Under the pieces are notes generated by a model, which worked only from the letters and a program-made list of their open reading frames with translations, searched no databases and had not been told where the DNA came from. A program made the translations under genes and the position numbers. A stretch of DNA of 64,000 bases from positions 6,995 through 70,994 of the forward strand of contig DATBHW010000016.1 in the NCBI GenBank assembly GCA_036557285.1, given 5' to 3'. This DNA comes from Ktedonobacterales bacterium (GTDB lineage: Bacteria; Chloroflexota; Ktedonobacteria; Ktedonobacterales; DATBGS01). Below are positions 63,134-64,000 of this stretch, in pieces (position 1 is the stretch's first letter; each line of letters opens with the position of its first letter).

Positions 63134-63847
63134 GTGCGTGTCTACGTTGTCTCAACTTATCCAACCGTTCGCGCCGGACTCAGCGCGCTGGTGCGCGGGC
63201 AAGAGGGCTGGACGGTCATCGGTGAGATGGCTCCAGATGCCATCCTGCGCGCCAGCAGCGCGGGCCTCATCAGTGATCGTGAAAATCCGCCGGATGTCGT
63301 GCTGGCTGATCTGGACGGTTCAGAGGACAGCGATGCTATTGATGCGTGGTTGGGGGCGCTGCGCCCACAGCGCGGCATCGTGGTCCTGGGCGCGTCTCAA
63401 TCTCCCAACTCTAACACCCGCAGAGATCAAGAACTATTACGACTCCTGGGAAGTATGGCGCGCGTCGTTGCCGACCAGAGCTTAGGTTTTGGCGCGCTCC
63501 AACGTGACGCTACCGGCGAAGAGATTGTGGCCGCTATCTCTGCCGTTGCCGGTGGCCTGATTACCCTTGACCGCCGACTGGCGAGCGACCTGCTAGCGCC
63601 CCCCGAACGCGCGCAGCCACCGATGCCTGAGCGCCTGGCAGATGCCGAGGAGCCACTTACCGCGCGAGAATTAGAGGTGCTGCAACTGCTGGCAGAGGGA
63701 TTGCCCAATAAACTGATTGCCGCGCAGTTGCACATCAGCGAACACACCGCAAAGTTTCACGTCTCCGCGATTATGCTGAAGCTCGGCGCGGCGAGCCGCA
63801 CAGAAGCCGTGACTCTAGCTGCCCGGCGCGGCCTGCTGATTCTTTAA
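63134..63847 (+). CDS. LuxR-family regulator with atypical receiver-like N-domain (orphan)
   Basis: C-terminal 'LTARELEVLQLLAEGLPNKLIAAQLHISEHTAKFHVSAIMLKLG' HTH and N-terminal 'VRVYVVSTYPTVRAGL...DVVLADLDG'. The start is GTG 63134 (AGAGAGG upstream) or GTG 63038. Confidence 0.7.
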   Translation: MRVYVVSTYPTVRAGLSALVRGQEGWTVIGEMAPDAILRASSAGLISDRENPPDVVLADLDGSEDSDAIDAWLGALRPQRGIVVLGASQSPNSNTRRDQELLRLLGSMARVVADQSLGFGALQRDATGEEIVAAISAVAGGLITLDRRLASDLLAPPERAQPPMPERLADAEEPLTARELEVLQLLAEGLPNKLIAAQLHISEHTAKFHVSAIMLKLGAASRTEAVTLAARRGLLIL

Positions 63848-64000
63848 GAGAAACTGGGAAATTATCGGATTGGATTTCTCTTTTTTCTGATAGGCTCTAG
63901 GTTCCACCAACTATTGGGGGGACGCCACTTGTAGCGCCGCCATCTTGGCGGCTAACGCTGCGCCAGGGCGAACGTTCGCCCGCCAGGCCACCGGACCAGC

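Noticed and set aside
63848-64000. A weak AT-only stem (AAGAGAAA...TTTCTCTT) followed by a T-run, GC hairpins (GCCGCCATCTTGGCGGC, GGCGAACGTTCGCC), and the last roughly 15 codons of a possible minus-strand ORF ending near 63953.
   Set aside because: The stem is weak with a 21-nt loop. The partial ORF is far too short and truncated by the window edge to call. Nothing can be supported.

Overview
This is a GC-rich, densely coding bacterial chromosomal window. I count about 54 supported protein genes plus 3 candidate small ORFs. I recognised no rRNA, tRNA, CRISPR array, IS element or prophage. The gene content (an F420-dependent G6P-dehydrogenase-type LLM enzyme, SARP- and XRE-headed STAND regulators, a P450, several NarL/LuxR regulators, Dpp-type sugar ABC uptake) suggests a Chloroflexota (Ktedonobacteria-like) or Actinomycetota-like organism. 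That assignment is inference only.

Layout:
- 48-1349: amidohydrolase.
- 1580-9781: a tightly coupled six-gene envelope operon. It holds two B12-binding radical-SAM enzymes, a Wzx-like flippase, a SAM methyltransferase, an NTase-like unknown and a Wzy_C/O-antigen-ligase-like protein, with no glycosyltransferase.
- 9883-14146: LOG-family enzyme, an acidic orphan, PadR and a GH13 enzyme.
- 14203-18513: LysR divergent from aceA-aceB (glyoxylate shunt), across an AT-rich 400-bp spacer.
- 18527-27783: an orphan, an MFS transporter, a NarL-type two-component pair, a second orphan, a zinc-ribbon/Pro-rich/DUF4352-like membrane protein and lipoproteins.
- 27993-33605: an XRE-NB-ARC-TPR regulator followed by a variant DUF62 SAM hydrolase/halogenase-family gene, a histidine phosphatase and a P450.
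- 34480-42001: a SARP-ATPase-TPR regulator upstream of a hydroquinone-type detox/catabolic operon (maleylacetate reductase, DinB/MDMPI-like, VOC dioxygenase, GNAT, carboxylesterase).
- 42276-43797: a strongly signalled small secreted protein, then an fgd-like gene.
- 43778-52147: a LacI-controlled Dpp-type ABC/GH4/BadF-kinase sugar locus.
- 52264-57243: S9 peptidase, flavin monooxygenase, SDR and YihY.
- 57375-60840: a four-gene putative RNA end-healing/sealing cassette (Cys-phosphatase, methyltransferase, ATP-dependent ligase, HD-Pnk).
- 61006-63847: two tandem PDZ serine proteases and an orphan LuxR-type regulator.

The most interesting candidates are the RNA-repair-like cassette and the radical-SAM/flippase/ligase operon. 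All functional calls rest on motifs read by eye from the ORF translations. No database search was possible.
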